Position numbers and translations under genes: made by a program. From contig CBFDEM010000052.1 in assembly GCA_965603825.1 (NCBI GenBank), forward strand, positions 575,579 to 639,578: a stretch of DNA of 64,000 nt, read 5' to 3'. The DNA is from Blepharisma stoltei ATCC 30299. Taxonomy: Eukaryota > Protista > Ciliophora. Shown here in pieces: positions 23,733-35,824 of this stretch (position 1 is the stretch's first letter; the number at the start of each line of letters is the position of its first letter). The notes under the pieces are model-generated. The model was not told where the DNA came from. It saw only the letters and a program-made list of their open reading frames with translations, and made no database searches.

Positions 23733-25277
23733 TTAACTAATTATTTCTTTTTTATTAAAGAATATTTCGGAAGTAATATGCTTTTTATATTCTATTTCAT
23801 TCGCATTATCATGCTTAGCCAGCTTGCTGAGCATGATTTCTGAGAATTCATCAAAATCGATTTCTCCATCTCCATTTGTATCTGCTTCCTTCAATATATC
23901 CAATAACTCAAGATGGTTACTATCATTGCCTCCCAAAGACTGCTTTAACTCTTCAAGAGAGATTTTCCCACTTCCGTCAATATCATACACCTTAAAAACT
24001 TGATATAATTTTTCCTTGCTTAAAGTTTTTCTCCAATTCATAGCCGCAGCTAAAAATTCTGAGTAATCAATGTATCCATTATTATCAGAGTCACAATTTT
24101 TCATCAATTCATGCACATCAATTTTCATTAACTGATGATTATTTTCGAAGCCTTTTGTTAGCTCTTCTTCACTTAATTTTCCATCGCCATTTTCATCAAG
24201 AGCTTGAAAAATCTCACTAAGATGCGCTATTTCTGTATTAGTAGAGAGATAAGATGTTATGAAAGTTAGAGTGGCTTTTTGAAGCTTGTTACATATATTG
24301 AAACAGGCTAAATTTGCTAAGGATTTGGATACTATTGGATTGTCTTTTATTGAGTTATTAGCTCTCTGCCTTATTCATTTATGCTCAGAAACCTCATCTA
24401 TTGTAGGACGATTTGATGGTTTTTTCTTTAGCATCCATTTTATCAAATCTTTAGCTTCTTTGGAAATCCCGTTTCATGCAGAAAATTCAAAAGAAACTGG
24501 CTTTTCTTGGATTTTTCTATAAAGTGATTGTTCAGATTTAGCTTTATATGGAGCTAGGCCTGACAGCATTATGTAAAGGATAATCCCTAAACTTCATATA
24601 TCACACTTATTATCATAGCTTCCTAAAATCATTTCAGGAGCTGCGAAATATGAAGTTCCAGTAAATTTCGTTAATTTTCCGTTTGGCTTTATGAATTGCG
24701 CCCTTTCAAATCCAACAATTTTCAGTTTTGCATCAGCTGACTCGTTTTCAAATAAAACGTTCTCAGGCCTTAAATCGCCATGCACCACGCCAACAGAGTG
24801 GCAATGCTTAATTCCAAATATAATTTCTCTCATAAACTTAGCCGCTTGGTTTTCTGAAAAACTTTCCATTTGGCCCATTTTTTCGAATAATTCTCCTCCA
24901 GTGCAAAGCTCTGTAATTATGTGTAAGTGCAAATTATGATGATAAACTTCGTACACTTTAATAATACTTGGGTGGTCTAATTTTCTCAATACTTCTACTT
25001 CACTTAATATATGATCAATTTTATAACTGCTATTTGCTCCAACTAAGATAGATTTGATCGCTCGCTGGATGCCGGTCTTTTTTTCTATTCCTGTTCTAAA
25101 TTCATAGTTTCCATCTTCAAATCAAATTTCTCCAAGGTCATAATTTTTAGTTACATCGCATTCTAACAATTTTACAAAATTACCTTGCTTTATGCTCAAA
25201 TTTCTCCTTTTAGTTTTTGATTTGATTATTTTTGCTCTCTTTGCTGACTTTACTTGCTGACTTATACAGCAACCCAT
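23733..25277 (-). CDS. CDPK-like pseudokinase with 4 EF-hands, copy 2 (frame intact)
   Basis: MGCC start, kinase fold, four EF-hands; continuous when TGA is read as Trp. Catalytic motifs altered (HGDLRPEN, KIVGF). Confidence 0.88.
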
Positions 25278-25718
25278 ATTTTTTATTCAACGATTTAATT
25301 ATCATTGATATATGACTTCTTCCCTTCTGCGAATTTCTTATAAAAAATTAATTGTGTTTATTATTCTATAGACATATAAACTTAATCGTTATGGTATATC
25401 ATAGATGAAGCTAAGGGGCAGAGTTTAAATTTTACAAAAGCAAGCATGGTTACCAACAGTTGCTGCCTATTGAGTCAATTTTTTTACAACTAAAACAAAC
25501 CATTTTGTCTGGTGAAGAATTTAAAAACACAACTAATAATTCAAATTTAAATTTTTTATTGCTTTGGCTAGTCAGTTAAATTAAAAATGGGATTTAGCTC
25601 TTATAGAATTAAATATCATTGGCATGATTATCAAATAATATAATCAGGGTTAAAACTAACACTTAAATTTTTATTGTTAATTACAATTTTATTGGCAAGC
25701 TTCAAGTCTTAAGCTAGA

Positions 25719-25826
25719 GGCATCCTTCATACCGCAAAGAGTATGCTAATTCAGATGCAGTCTATCCTCAGTGCACGAATTTTATTGAACTCAGACCTAA
25801 GTGGTCTTAAAGTGAAGGATGATTCC
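25719..25826. ncRNA. Candidate structured RNA element, unidentified
   Basis: Outer inverted repeat CATCCTTCA/TGAAGGATG enclosing three hairpins, in a GC-richer intergenic island. Confidence 0.35.
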
Positions 25827-25877
25827 AGAAGATAGATTAGATTAGATTAAAGAATAAAGCGTTAATAAATTATGTTT

Positions 25878-26402
25878 TTACATTACAAGCCATTTATGAG
25901 GCTTATAATATTGAGGGCTTCCTAAAGTAAGAGTTTTTTCTATGAGCAGGACATAAAAAAATACCATAAAAATGCTTCTTACCCAATATACAATTTCATA
26001 TCCAGGATGACTCCATAAATTGATTACAGTAGTCTCATTCATCACGATTTCAAGCCTCAGCCCTTTTTCCAGCCCAAAAAGTATCAAATGCACAGGAAAA
26101 GCCAAAAAAATTGAAAGAAATTCCCTGCAAAGTATCCCAATAAGGCCAAATCTAAAAAGAAAGGTCTGCCAAACCAAGAAAAACAACCAGCAAATAATGA
26201 GCACTTGGATCCCTCCTTGGATTCCAAAGAAAATCAAAACTATAATATTCTCAGTCCCACTTGTGTAGTCTTCTTGACCAGGTATTGCGCACTCTCCATA
26301 ATAAGTATATGCATTTGTAATCACATCACAGAGCAAAAGGAAATAAAAGAACATCAGTTTCGCCCCAAATGAACGCGCTTCTACGAGTTCTGCCCTCGCC
26401 AT
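25878..26402 (-). CDS. TMEM138: Ciliary membrane protein TMEM138-like
   Basis: LLLCDVITN, QTFLFRFGLIGIL and LGSPQYYKPHKWL resemble TMEM138 as recalled; multiple TM segments. Confidence 0.75.
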   Translation of the reverse strand: MARAELVEARSFGAKLMFFYFLLLCDVITNAYTYYGECAIPGQEDYTSGTENIIVLIFFGIQGGIQVLIICWLFFLVWQTFLFRFGLIGILCREFLSIFLAFPVHLILFGLEKGLRLEIVMNETTVINLWSHPGYEIVYWVRSIFMVFFYVLLIEKTLTLGSPQYYKPHKWLVM

Positions 26403-26439
26403 TTATGAATTATTAATTTAAATTTTATTTGATTTGTAT

Positions 26440-27393
26440 TTACACAAGTTTCTTTTTAGCCCAGGTTGCTAGTTTTGGCACTTCACTCCAGCGGCTTTCA
26501 TAGGATTTGCAGCCTAGGACTGTAACAATTAATTGCGGCTCTGAAGTTTTAGTTCTTACACATAGGCAGGGTCCTGCTTTATAGGTATGCCCAGTTTTTA
26601 TACCATCAAAACCTTTTCCTAATAATTTATTTGTACTTTTTCATGTAACTTTTCTGTCTCCAGAATCAGTATTTTCAATCAAACAAGAATAGCTTTTGGT
26701 ATTTACAACTGAGCAGAAAAAGTCATTTTTCAATGCATAAGAAGCTAGTTTGCATACATCCCTCACCGTAGAGAAGTTGGGCTTTATTGACAATCCATGT
26801 GGATTTTTAAAATAAGTATTTTCCAGGTTTAGCTCTTGGGCGAATTCATTCATTCCTTTCACGAACTGCGATATTGGAGGTCCTTCATTTTTAAGTCCAC
26901 CAAAATATTCAGCTAATGCTACAGCAGCGTCATTTCCTGAAGGAAGCATAAGTCCATAAAATAGATCTTTAAGCATAATCTCGTCTTTTTGTTTTAACTT
27001 GGCAGTTGTCCCTGTTGTTTCCGCTGATTTTTTGCTTATTGTGATTTTATTGGAATAGCTTATATTGAGTTCTCCAGCTAATTTAATGCTATAAATGCAT
27101 GTCATTATTTTGGTAAGACTTGCTATTTCTCTTTTTTCATCAAACTTGGAGCCATATAGCATTTCTCCAGTATTAGGCTGAAATATTCCTCATGCTTTTG
27201 CAGATATATAAGGAGGAATAAGATGGATTGGCTTTGGAACCGATTCTGTAGGAGAATATGGTAACAAACTTGAAAGCGCTTTTTTAGGGCTTGGAGTAAG
27301 GTTTCTGAAAGACTGTGGTGCAGCGCGTGGCTTAGAGCGGCTTCTTGCTGAAGAAATACTGGGGAGAAATAAAAAGTTTGATTTCGCTTCCAT
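26440..27393 (-). CDS. D-alanyl-D-alanine carboxypeptidase (peptidase S11, PBP5/DacA-like), 317 aa
   Basis: SxxK (ASLTKIMT), SxN (PSGNDAA), NPHGL, KTG (GIKTGHTYKAGPCL); TGA=Trp at 27190 and 26641. Confidence 0.92.
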
Positions 27394-28002
27394 ATTCAAC
27401 CAAACTTTTCAAAATAATCCAAGTAAAACTATAATACCGACTTCTTAGTTATAAGGATTCTTATGATGTTTATTAAACTTTATAATAATTTTATTTAAAG
27501 TTTAGTCATTTTCTATTTCTTTCAATAAAAATATTTTAATTTATGTTTAAGCTTAAATTAACCAAAAACAAGTTATGCCAGTAAAAGATTCTACTGTAGA
27601 ATCTAATTGCGTCATTATGCTTAAAAAAATGCATAACTGACGAGAAAATTTTCTAGTGGCTGCGATTTTTTATTTTCCAAATTTTCAAAGATTTTACCTA
27701 AATAAAAGTCCGATAAACCTTCACTATCTTGACCCATCAAAAAAGGATTAATAAGCACTAATGCTTCCTTCCAAATATCAAGGAAAAATAATTACTGATC
27801 ATAATAAGCACTCGAATATGGCCATTTTAATAGAGGGATTCCCAACCCTTTTGAAAATAAAGATTTTTTATCTAGAATTTTCTGCATTTTATTGTGGTTT
27901 AACCCACTTACTAAATATCAAATATCAAAACTCATAAAGAATAATTGATTCTAAATAAGAGATAATTTTAAAGCAATTATCTGCATTGGCAAGCACTTGA
28001 AA

Positions 28003-28365
28003 TTACCCAACAGAGTTTAAGAGATGCAGCATTACAGGAAGCTTAATTTCAGTTGGACAGACTTTTCTACTGTTATCAACAAGCGGTAAGATTGGCAAAG
28101 TGCCTTGTGTTGTTTGAAAATTTAAATTAACATTAGGTGTATCTATGATGCGCCGAGAAAGCAAGAATAAGTCGACTTGCTTATGTTGTGTTTCATTAAT
28201 TCTAGCTTCAATACTATCTGCTTCTTCTCTTTCTATCGAAGTAGACTTGTTATTTACTGTACCGATTTTTAAATGTTCTGAATTAATGTGCCTTGCCAAT
28301 GTGTACTTTGTTTTATAAACTTTATTGCAGAGCTCATAATAGCATCTGAACACTCTATCTTCCAT
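28003..28365 (-). CDS. C2H2 zinc-finger protein
   Basis: FRCYYELCNKVYKTKYTLARHINSEH. Confidence 0.8.
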   Translation of the reverse strand: MEDRVFRCYYELCNKVYKTKYTLARHINSEHLKIGTVNNKSTSIEREEADSIEARINETQHKQVDLFLLSRRIIDTPNVNLNFQTTQGTLPILPLVDNSRKVCPTEIKLPVMLHLLNSVG

Positions 28366-28531
28366 GGTTTTTTATTACGATTTCTCGGTTATATCTAGAA
28401 AATATATCTAAAAGTCGTGCTATAAATGGTGTAAGACGTAAAACAAAAAAAAAAATTTTCGAGCAGCTAGTAAATTATTAATAGGTTATTTTTGTAAATT
28501 ATGATAATAGGGCTTGAAAAAAGGATAAATT

Positions 28532-29089
28532 ATGATTATTTCAAATTTCTTAAAAGATCCTATTATAGCGACTATTCATTTCCCGAAAACTGTTAGAGAT
28601 ATTCCGACTGACATCCAATTTCCGAGCTGCTCAGCTAATTTCTGTAGGATTAGCACTGTGCAACAGAATCCTGAATACTTGGAAGCGAAGCTCAGAAATT
28701 TGAGATCATTTTCACAGAATCAAGGGGTGCTGCTTTTGGTTTTAGACTTAGAAGATCTACAATGTTTGGAATTTATTAATATAAAATGCTTTGAGTACAA
28801 TTGCTTACTGCTTGTAGCGGCCACTGCCATGGATCTTCAAAAATACATTGAAGGGTTTGCATCAAGACCTAAGCCACAACCGGTTTATAAGGATGCAGGG
28901 GATTTTCTAAAACAAATAAAAGGCGTCAATAAAAGCGATATTAAGAAACTATTGGAGAGATGGGGGACTCTAAGCAAAATTAGTAAACAAAGTGAGCAGG
29001 ATATGCTGAATGTAAAAGGCATAGGCAAAGAAAAAGCGAAGAAGATTTGTAATGTTTTATTTTCTAATTTAACAAGATCTAATAATTAA
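28532..29089 (+). CDS. ERCC1: ERCC1/Rad10-like protein with C-terminal HhH2
   Basis: NPEYLEAKL..VLLLVLD..CLLLVA..KYIE central domain; LKQIKGVNKSD and VKGIGKEKA HhH motifs. Confidence 0.75.
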   Translation: MIISNFLKDPIIATIHFPKTVRDIPTDIQFPSCSANFCRISTVQQNPEYLEAKLRNLRSFSQNQGVLLLVLDLEDLQCLEFINIKCFEYNCLLLVAATAMDLQKYIEGFASRPKPQPVYKDAGDFLKQIKGVNKSDIKKLLERWGTLSKISKQSEQDMLNVKGIGKEKAKKICNVLFSNLTRSNN

Positions 29090-29097
29090 TAAATTCT

Positions 29098-29580
29098 CTA
29101 CAAGGGTCTAAGAATATTAAAATTCATCAGCATCATTTTGCTGTAGCGGTCTGGACTTTTAAGTCTTGCCCTCGTTCTGCTTTTTTCTTTTCGTAGGTTT
29201 TCCAGGATCCCAGCTCTGTCAATCTCCAATTTATGCCCATTTTCGTTTTTCTCCTGGTGCTTGCACTCTTTCGCCATATGTCCTAATTCTCCACACACAT
29301 AGCATTCAATATCAGCTTTTGCAGCATTTTTTGAGGTATTAGACGCTTGTGGAAGCTTATTTTTGGGCCCTTTCTTGCTTCATTCAATGTTTATCACGTT
29401 TCCCATGATTTCTTTGCCATGCATTGCTCCCTTGGCTTGATCTGCAGCTCTGGCTTGTTCAAAATCAATAAAAGCAAAGTTTCCTTTGACGTCTACAGCG
29501 CATTTTCCAAATTTGTCAAAAATCGCATGAAGGTCTTTTGCAGTCACATTTCTTGAGATATTGCCGATGAATAGACTCAT
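29098..29580 (-). CDS. RRM + CCHC zinc-knuckle protein (SRSF7/RSZ-like)
   Basis: LFIGNI and GNFAFIDF RNP motifs; INIE-W(TGA 29380); CYVCGELGHMAKEC. Confidence 0.88.
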
Positions 29581-29687
29581 GCTAAATTATAATTATATGA
29601 ATATTAAATTAGAGCTGGGCAATTATTATAAGGAAACTAAGGCTTTAACTCTTTAAAATTAATGCCCATTATGTAACAAGATTAAAA

Positions 29688-31070
29688 TTATCAAGCAAAA
29701 CTCACAAAGTTGTGTGCTTTATTGCCGCAAGATTTTGGAGAATTGGGGACTGATGAATATTTAGTACTCAGTGCCTGCTCTCTTTCTCCCATATAAATCT
29801 GAAACAATCGATTTTTGTGAGGTTTCCTCTTGCTATTGCTAGCTGTGTGCCCCATGCTTTTCGTCATTGTTTTTCTTTCATATTGAAAAAACCTTGTTGC
29901 TAAAGCTGTTGCGAAGTGAAGCTCAGATGGTCTTCTTTCGAAGTTTATGTGATCCTTATAGCTTTGTTTTGTCTTGTACTCTTCGTTGTTTGACTCCTCT
30001 AAATGCACATCAGAAGTACTTTTGCGGTGTCCAGAACCCAGCACGTCAATTAGCTCATTTAAGTTCCTTGGAGTGTCGGTAAATTCAAATTTCTGGTTAC
30101 TCTCGTTATTTGGAGAAACCACTCTGCTGACATCTGCTGAGTATAGCATTTTCCGCTTTTGTTCTAGTTTTTCTCTCATAATTGCTTTTTGGTGAGATTT
30201 TTCTATTGTTTTTGCAATCATTTTTACAAAAACTGGACTGTTAGGTGCTCTGTGGAATTTAAAATCAAAGCGGAATTTCAGAGATTCCCTAGATTTTCTC
30301 CTATCAGAAACTTTTCCTATGGGAATAAACTCTGGCACTGCAGATTCTAAATTTCTAGCATCTTCGTCAGGGTCTGGAGGCTGGTCAAGAAAAATGGTAT
30401 TAGTCCTGTTTTTATTCCTGACCCTGGGAATGTTGCTAAGCTCTTTGGCAAAAACAGGGTTTTCAAGCCTAATTAAATAATAATATCCATACCCATCGAC
30501 ACACAAATCATATCTCAGCTGGTCAACAATTTCACTTTGAAATCGGTATATATATTCTGCAATAAACAGAGTCATTTCGTGGGCTCTTTCGCATAGGGAC
30601 TCATCTTTGACAGCGTCGCCGTTTTCTTTTTCAAATGATTTATATGAGAGCTCATTCTTGAACTCTCCATTTTCATTCTTGGCTTTCACTTTTATCATCA
30701 CGTTGGAATAAGTCTCAGGAAGAGCCATATGGATGCTTCTCATTTGTAAACCGTACATGAGGTTTTTGGAAAAATTGATTGCCTCTTTTGCTCTTAGCAC
30801 TTTCCTTCCTTTTTGATGATATAAATAAGCAATTATTTTTTCTGGGGAATAGTCCTCTAAGATTGGACACCTTATGTTTAAAAAGTGAGTTAATAGTTGC
30901 GAAGTTTTGTTTAGGGTCTTTGTTGTTTTTGTAATTACAATCCCACTTTTATCGTTGGCATATCATTCTTGCAGTAGGTCACCTCTGCATAAGCCAGCTT
31001 CAAGAATTCTTAAAGGGGTTTTTCTTGTGTTAACTAACGAAAGAAGTCATGAATAAGTTTGATTTTCCAT
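29688..31070 (-). CDS. Hypothetical protein, 460 aa
   Basis: Frame open from ATG 31070 with TGA=Trp; ends ...GCT TGA TAA. Confidence 0.75.
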
Positions 31071-31491
31071 GGAAATGAATTTCTTATATTATTTTTTTAT
31101 TTTTACGAAGAAGTTCAACAGTTTCATATACAATATAGTAAATAATGTAAAAGAAAGAAATCTGATCTAATTATTTGGCATTTTCAAAAAAATTTAAAAT
31201 TGCAAGAAGCACTTTGCAAGAGTAATATTAATAAAGCAAGATACTTAAATGAGTTTAGGAATATCATTTAATTTTGATGGGTAGTTAAAAATTAAAATCA
31301 TTTAGAAAAAGAAAAATAATTATCTTATATTATTCTTTAGTAAAGAAATGGATAAAATATCTCAATTCTATAGCAATCAAAGACAAAATGTATCGTGCCA
31401 TCTTCATTAATGGCAATGAATCCCATTAAAAGCATTTTAATTAGTAAATACTTAATCATTGATTTGTAGTAAAAATTAAATTATACTCAAA

Positions 31492-32905
31492 ATGGGGAAT
31501 TATTTGATACAAGGCAACCAAAGCACATCACTTGCCAGCTATCTCTTAAAACCAGTCGACTTTTCCATGCAAATTCTCACAAAATGTAAGCTTTAAGCAG
31601 GAATTCTCTCTGACATAATGTTTCTTTATAAAAGATTCATTCGTCTGCACACAGGAAAAGGCTTTCTCCTGTCCAGAGCTGAGGTGAAAAGATTAGCAAG
31701 AGTTTCTCCAATGGGCGGCATGGAAGATGTGATTTTCAATGCTTTTCATATGTTTAGCTCTCAGAAGTTGAACATCCTTGAAATCTTTGCGGCAGCCATC
31801 ACATACAGTGACATGGAGTTAAATGAAAAATTGAAACTTGCAATGTACATTTTCGATCTGGACGGCAGTAAATACTTGACAAAGGATGAGGTCTTACTGT
31901 TGTGCAGATCGTTCATCAGGGCTATTGGAAATATGACAAGAGGCCCTGAAATTGAAGAGCCTAGCATTTTGGTTCTTTGTGACACTTTTTTCTCTGTACT
32001 TAATAAAAACACAAATGGAAAAATTAGCTTGGATGAGTAATTTATTATTCAGCCTCAAAAATTTAGTATTTCTGAATCAAACTTTAACTGAGCTTCTCAA
32101 TAAAAATATCAAAATGAAAGAGCTTAAAATTTTCGCTACAGAAAATTCGCCCCGGAATAAAACACCCTTAATAAAAAGAGGACACCGTCGGGTTGAAACT
32201 ATCGGAGCTTCACCTTTCACAATTAAAGCCCGAGCCACAAGCCGACAAAGAGACACATCAGCCACTTCAAAAGTAAGAAGATCATCTTTCAGAAAAAAAC
32301 GAACTGATAACTTCAGTGTTTCCATTGGAAATGAGTTAATTTCCAGATGCGAAGCCAATAGATTTTACGAGGTCTTCAAAGCAGCAGCCAAAGGACAAAA
32401 CGTAGCAATTTCATTTTTAATCCACAATTTAATGCTGCAAGAAAGAGACCTTGTATACGACGCAGACCTCATTCCTCAGACCAGCGAAATCATGAATTTC
32501 ACACAAATGCTTTCAATGATCTATAGGAATGCTACACCGGCCGAAATCCGAAGACTTGTCAGAATTATTGACCGTAAGAAATATTTAGCCAATTTAGAGC
32601 CTGAGACACCGATTCTGGAAAATAATCAAGAGTATAGGAAAAGACTGTCATTTAGGACAGCAAAGATTTATCCACAGCTTTTTGATAAATTTGAGAAGGA
32701 TAAAGACGGGTTCATCGGATTTAAAGCGTTGAAAAAAGTACTTGGAGACAAGTTTCAAGAAGAAAATCTACACAAATTATATGATCAGTATCGCACAGAT
32801 AAAGGTATTGATCTTCAAGGGTTCATAATGATGTTCGCACCAAATAATTCATATATAACGCAGGATGTACTTCATAAGCTCTTGACATATAATGTAAAGA
32901 CATAG
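31492..32905 (+). CDS. EF-hand protein (calcineurin B/NCS-like N-terminal part); introns 31586-31600 (15 nt) and 32037-32052 (16 nt)
   Basis: MGN start; KLKLAMYIFDLDGSKYLTKDE; further EF-hands. Both introns restore a continuous frame. Confidence 0.8.
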
Positions 32906-33226
32906 ACCGAGCAACACACGTATATAGATTCATAACGTAATTTTTTTATAAATTTTTGGATACCATTAATTTTAATTTCCATTAGCCTATGAACAATTAA
33001 ATAATAGTTACTAGGATTACTTTAATAACTCTATTATTAAATTCGAGCATATATGCAAATATCCTAAATTATTTGAACTGATTTTAATTAGTTTAAGACA
33101 CTAAATTCTGATAAATTAACTAGTTCAGGGTTATATAAAGAAAAGTTTTATAAGAATTTCACTTAAAATTTTCAACCCGTTATTAAAGAACAATTTTATT
33201 TAATTTCTTTTGTTCAAATAATTATA

Positions 33227-35824
33227 ATGGATATTGGAAGGCCTTTGAAACTTATTGATATAAAGGACAATGGCGAGATGGAAGTCACAACAGAAGGAAT
33301 CGCCCATCTTCAAAGCTACACAAATTCAGTTGGTCTAGTATGTGTAATTGGTTCTCCATGTGTAGGAAAATCCACTCTTGCAAACAAAATCCTCGATCGG
33401 CCTCAAGGTTTTGAAGTTGGCAACGGTCGAGAAATGCTAACAAGGGGTATTTGGATTTGGAACCAGTCTATAAAAGTAATCCAAAAAGACGATACTGGAA
33501 TTGAAAAAGAAGGCGAGCTTCTTGTTCTTGATTGTGAAGCCTTTACATCTCGGCCAGACCAAAACATCCAGTTAGGACTCCAAATTCTCGCATTGGCTTC
33601 TTTATTAAGCTCTCATCTTGTGCTCTGCACAAGCCAAGCAATCAATAATCAGTACTTGCAAGATCTTGAAATCCTAAATGAATTGCCAACAGCTATTTTG
33701 GTCAGGTAAGCTTTATATAGAAAAAAACAAGACTCAAGGAACTATCTGGGGAATTATCTTCCAAGCCTCTCTTGGGTTATTTCTGGGCCTGACATCAAGC
33801 TAGGAGGACAGTCTGCGACGTAAAGGCTACATAGGAAATATTTGGAAAAATGCTTATCAAAGCAAGCTGGAGAGCCTGCAGCAATCACAAATATAAAAAC
33901 CAACATCAAAAATTTCTTCAAAAAGCGGGCGTGTTTTAGCATTCCTCCTTTAATTGACGACAAAAATCCCCAGCAAAAATCAGCATATCAAGCTTCAATT
34001 GCTCCGTTTGTTGAATATATAAGGTCAAGCACTGAAAATAAAAGGTTCAATGGGAAGCTCATAAGCGGAGCTGTCCTTTCTAACATGGCCCAGGCCTTTG
34101 TGCATAGGTTTCATAAGAAAGCTCCTGCCGTCATCCTAAATGCTTTTGAAAGAGCTGTAGCTTCAGAGTCGCGCCGCCACAAAGAAAAGCTATTTATCAG
34201 GTACCTAGACAAAATGGGACTAATTGAAAATGACATGCCCTGTGATGAAGAACATCTATGGAAAGAGCACCAATCTGTGCTAAAAGAGCTACTAAAAGAA
34301 TTTGATGGGATGATGCTAGGAGTAATCGAGCAGGAAGAAGTCCAAGAAGAAAGAAATAGTCTTATTGAAAGAATTGACTCTTATTATGAAGACTTAAAAG
34401 CAGCTAATAATAAAGCTAGTGATGCCAAATGCAGAGATGCCTTTAAATCAGCCTTTGACCCAATTAAGGCAGAAGCGCTGAAATATAATGAGGATGGTAG
34501 TGCAAATGTGACGGAACTGGAGCAAAGTATTTTAAATGCTATAAATAAGTATCAAGATAACGCTGAAGGACCGATGGCTGAGACTGTTTTTGCAGAAGAG
34601 ATTGCGTTTTTGGTACCTCATATGTGTAGCTTATTAAGAGATATGCACAGCCATTCAGATACTGATAAAGAGGATTTGGAACGAGAAATCAAAAATTTAA
34701 CGAGGCACAGAGATGAGGCGAGGGCTGGAGAAAAAAGACTGAGGGATTTGTTAGAAGAGACCAATAAAAACTACGAAAAGCAATTAGAGCAGAGAGAAAA
34801 ACAAATTGCTGAACTTCAAGCCAATGTCAATTCAAGAATACACGCAGCTGAAAGCAAAGCCAGACTCCAAGCCAGAGAAATCCAAGGATTGAAGCTGGAA
34901 CTTGAACAAGCCCAAAAAGAAAGAGAAATGGTGATTGAAGCAGAAAGAGACATGTACGAAAAAAAGATCAGCGACATGGAAAGCAAACTTTATAAATTAC
35001 AATTGGAAAATGGGAAGTATGAAAAGTCGCTTGACGAGCTCAGAGAAGAACAAGAAAAAATAATTTCAGATAAAAATGAACAAATCAATGATCTGTCAAG
35101 AAGGATTAAACTTATGGAAACACAGTCAGAAGCCCCAAGCACTCGCCAAGACTCTTCGATTCTCAGGTCTTTCAGAGACTATTTAGAAGACATTTTCAAT
35201 AAATTTTCAAAAGAGCAGAATGGCAACGCTAAATATTTGTCTCAGCTTGAAAGAGTTTCAAGCCTCCAAAGCGAACTTAATCAATTCAAACTGCAGGAAC
35301 AAGAAAACAGGAACAAGCTTATAGACGAGTATGAAGAAAAGCTAGGCCAGCTTAGGGCTGAAAAAGAAGCAATTGCGAAAGAGCTTGCAGAGGTCCTGGA
35401 AAAACAAAAATTAGATTTAAACTTGAATATTGATAACTTGGCCATTGATATAGAGAGTACAAACTCTGAAAGAGAAGAACAAATCAAAAGAGTCATTGAT
35501 GAGAAAAATGAAATTTCTAATGAATTGAATAAAAGAGAGCAGCAGCTGCTGGACCAGAATGAAGCAATGGACGCTTATAAAAAGCAAATAGACACACTGC
35601 AAATTGAATTGGATGATAGGGATAACATGCTAAATAGGCTGAAGATTGAAAATGTGGAGGAAAAGGATGATAATGATATATTGATAAGCTTGATGGGGGT
35701 TGTTATGGAGGTTCAACAAAAAAAAAGAAATGTGCAGACCATCCATTTAGGGAGGATTCAGAATTCAGATAATCGAGGGAAAGTAGCGAAACTTTTTAAG
35801 AAATTTGGAATACCATATGAATAA
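33227..35824 (+). CDS. Guanylate-binding protein/atlastin-family GTPase-like domain + long coiled coil; introns 33706-33720 and 33820-33834
   Basis: GSPCVGKSTL P-loop, TRGIWIW, LVLDCE, LASLLSS; two 15-nt introns remove in-frame TAAs. Confidence 0.87.

Noticed and set aside
25745-25810. Hammerhead ribozyme (minus-strand CTGAGGA) or tRNA-Sec (ATCCTCAGTG)
   Set aside because: No GAAA core with a matching stem III; no canonical T-loop or UCA anticodon arm.
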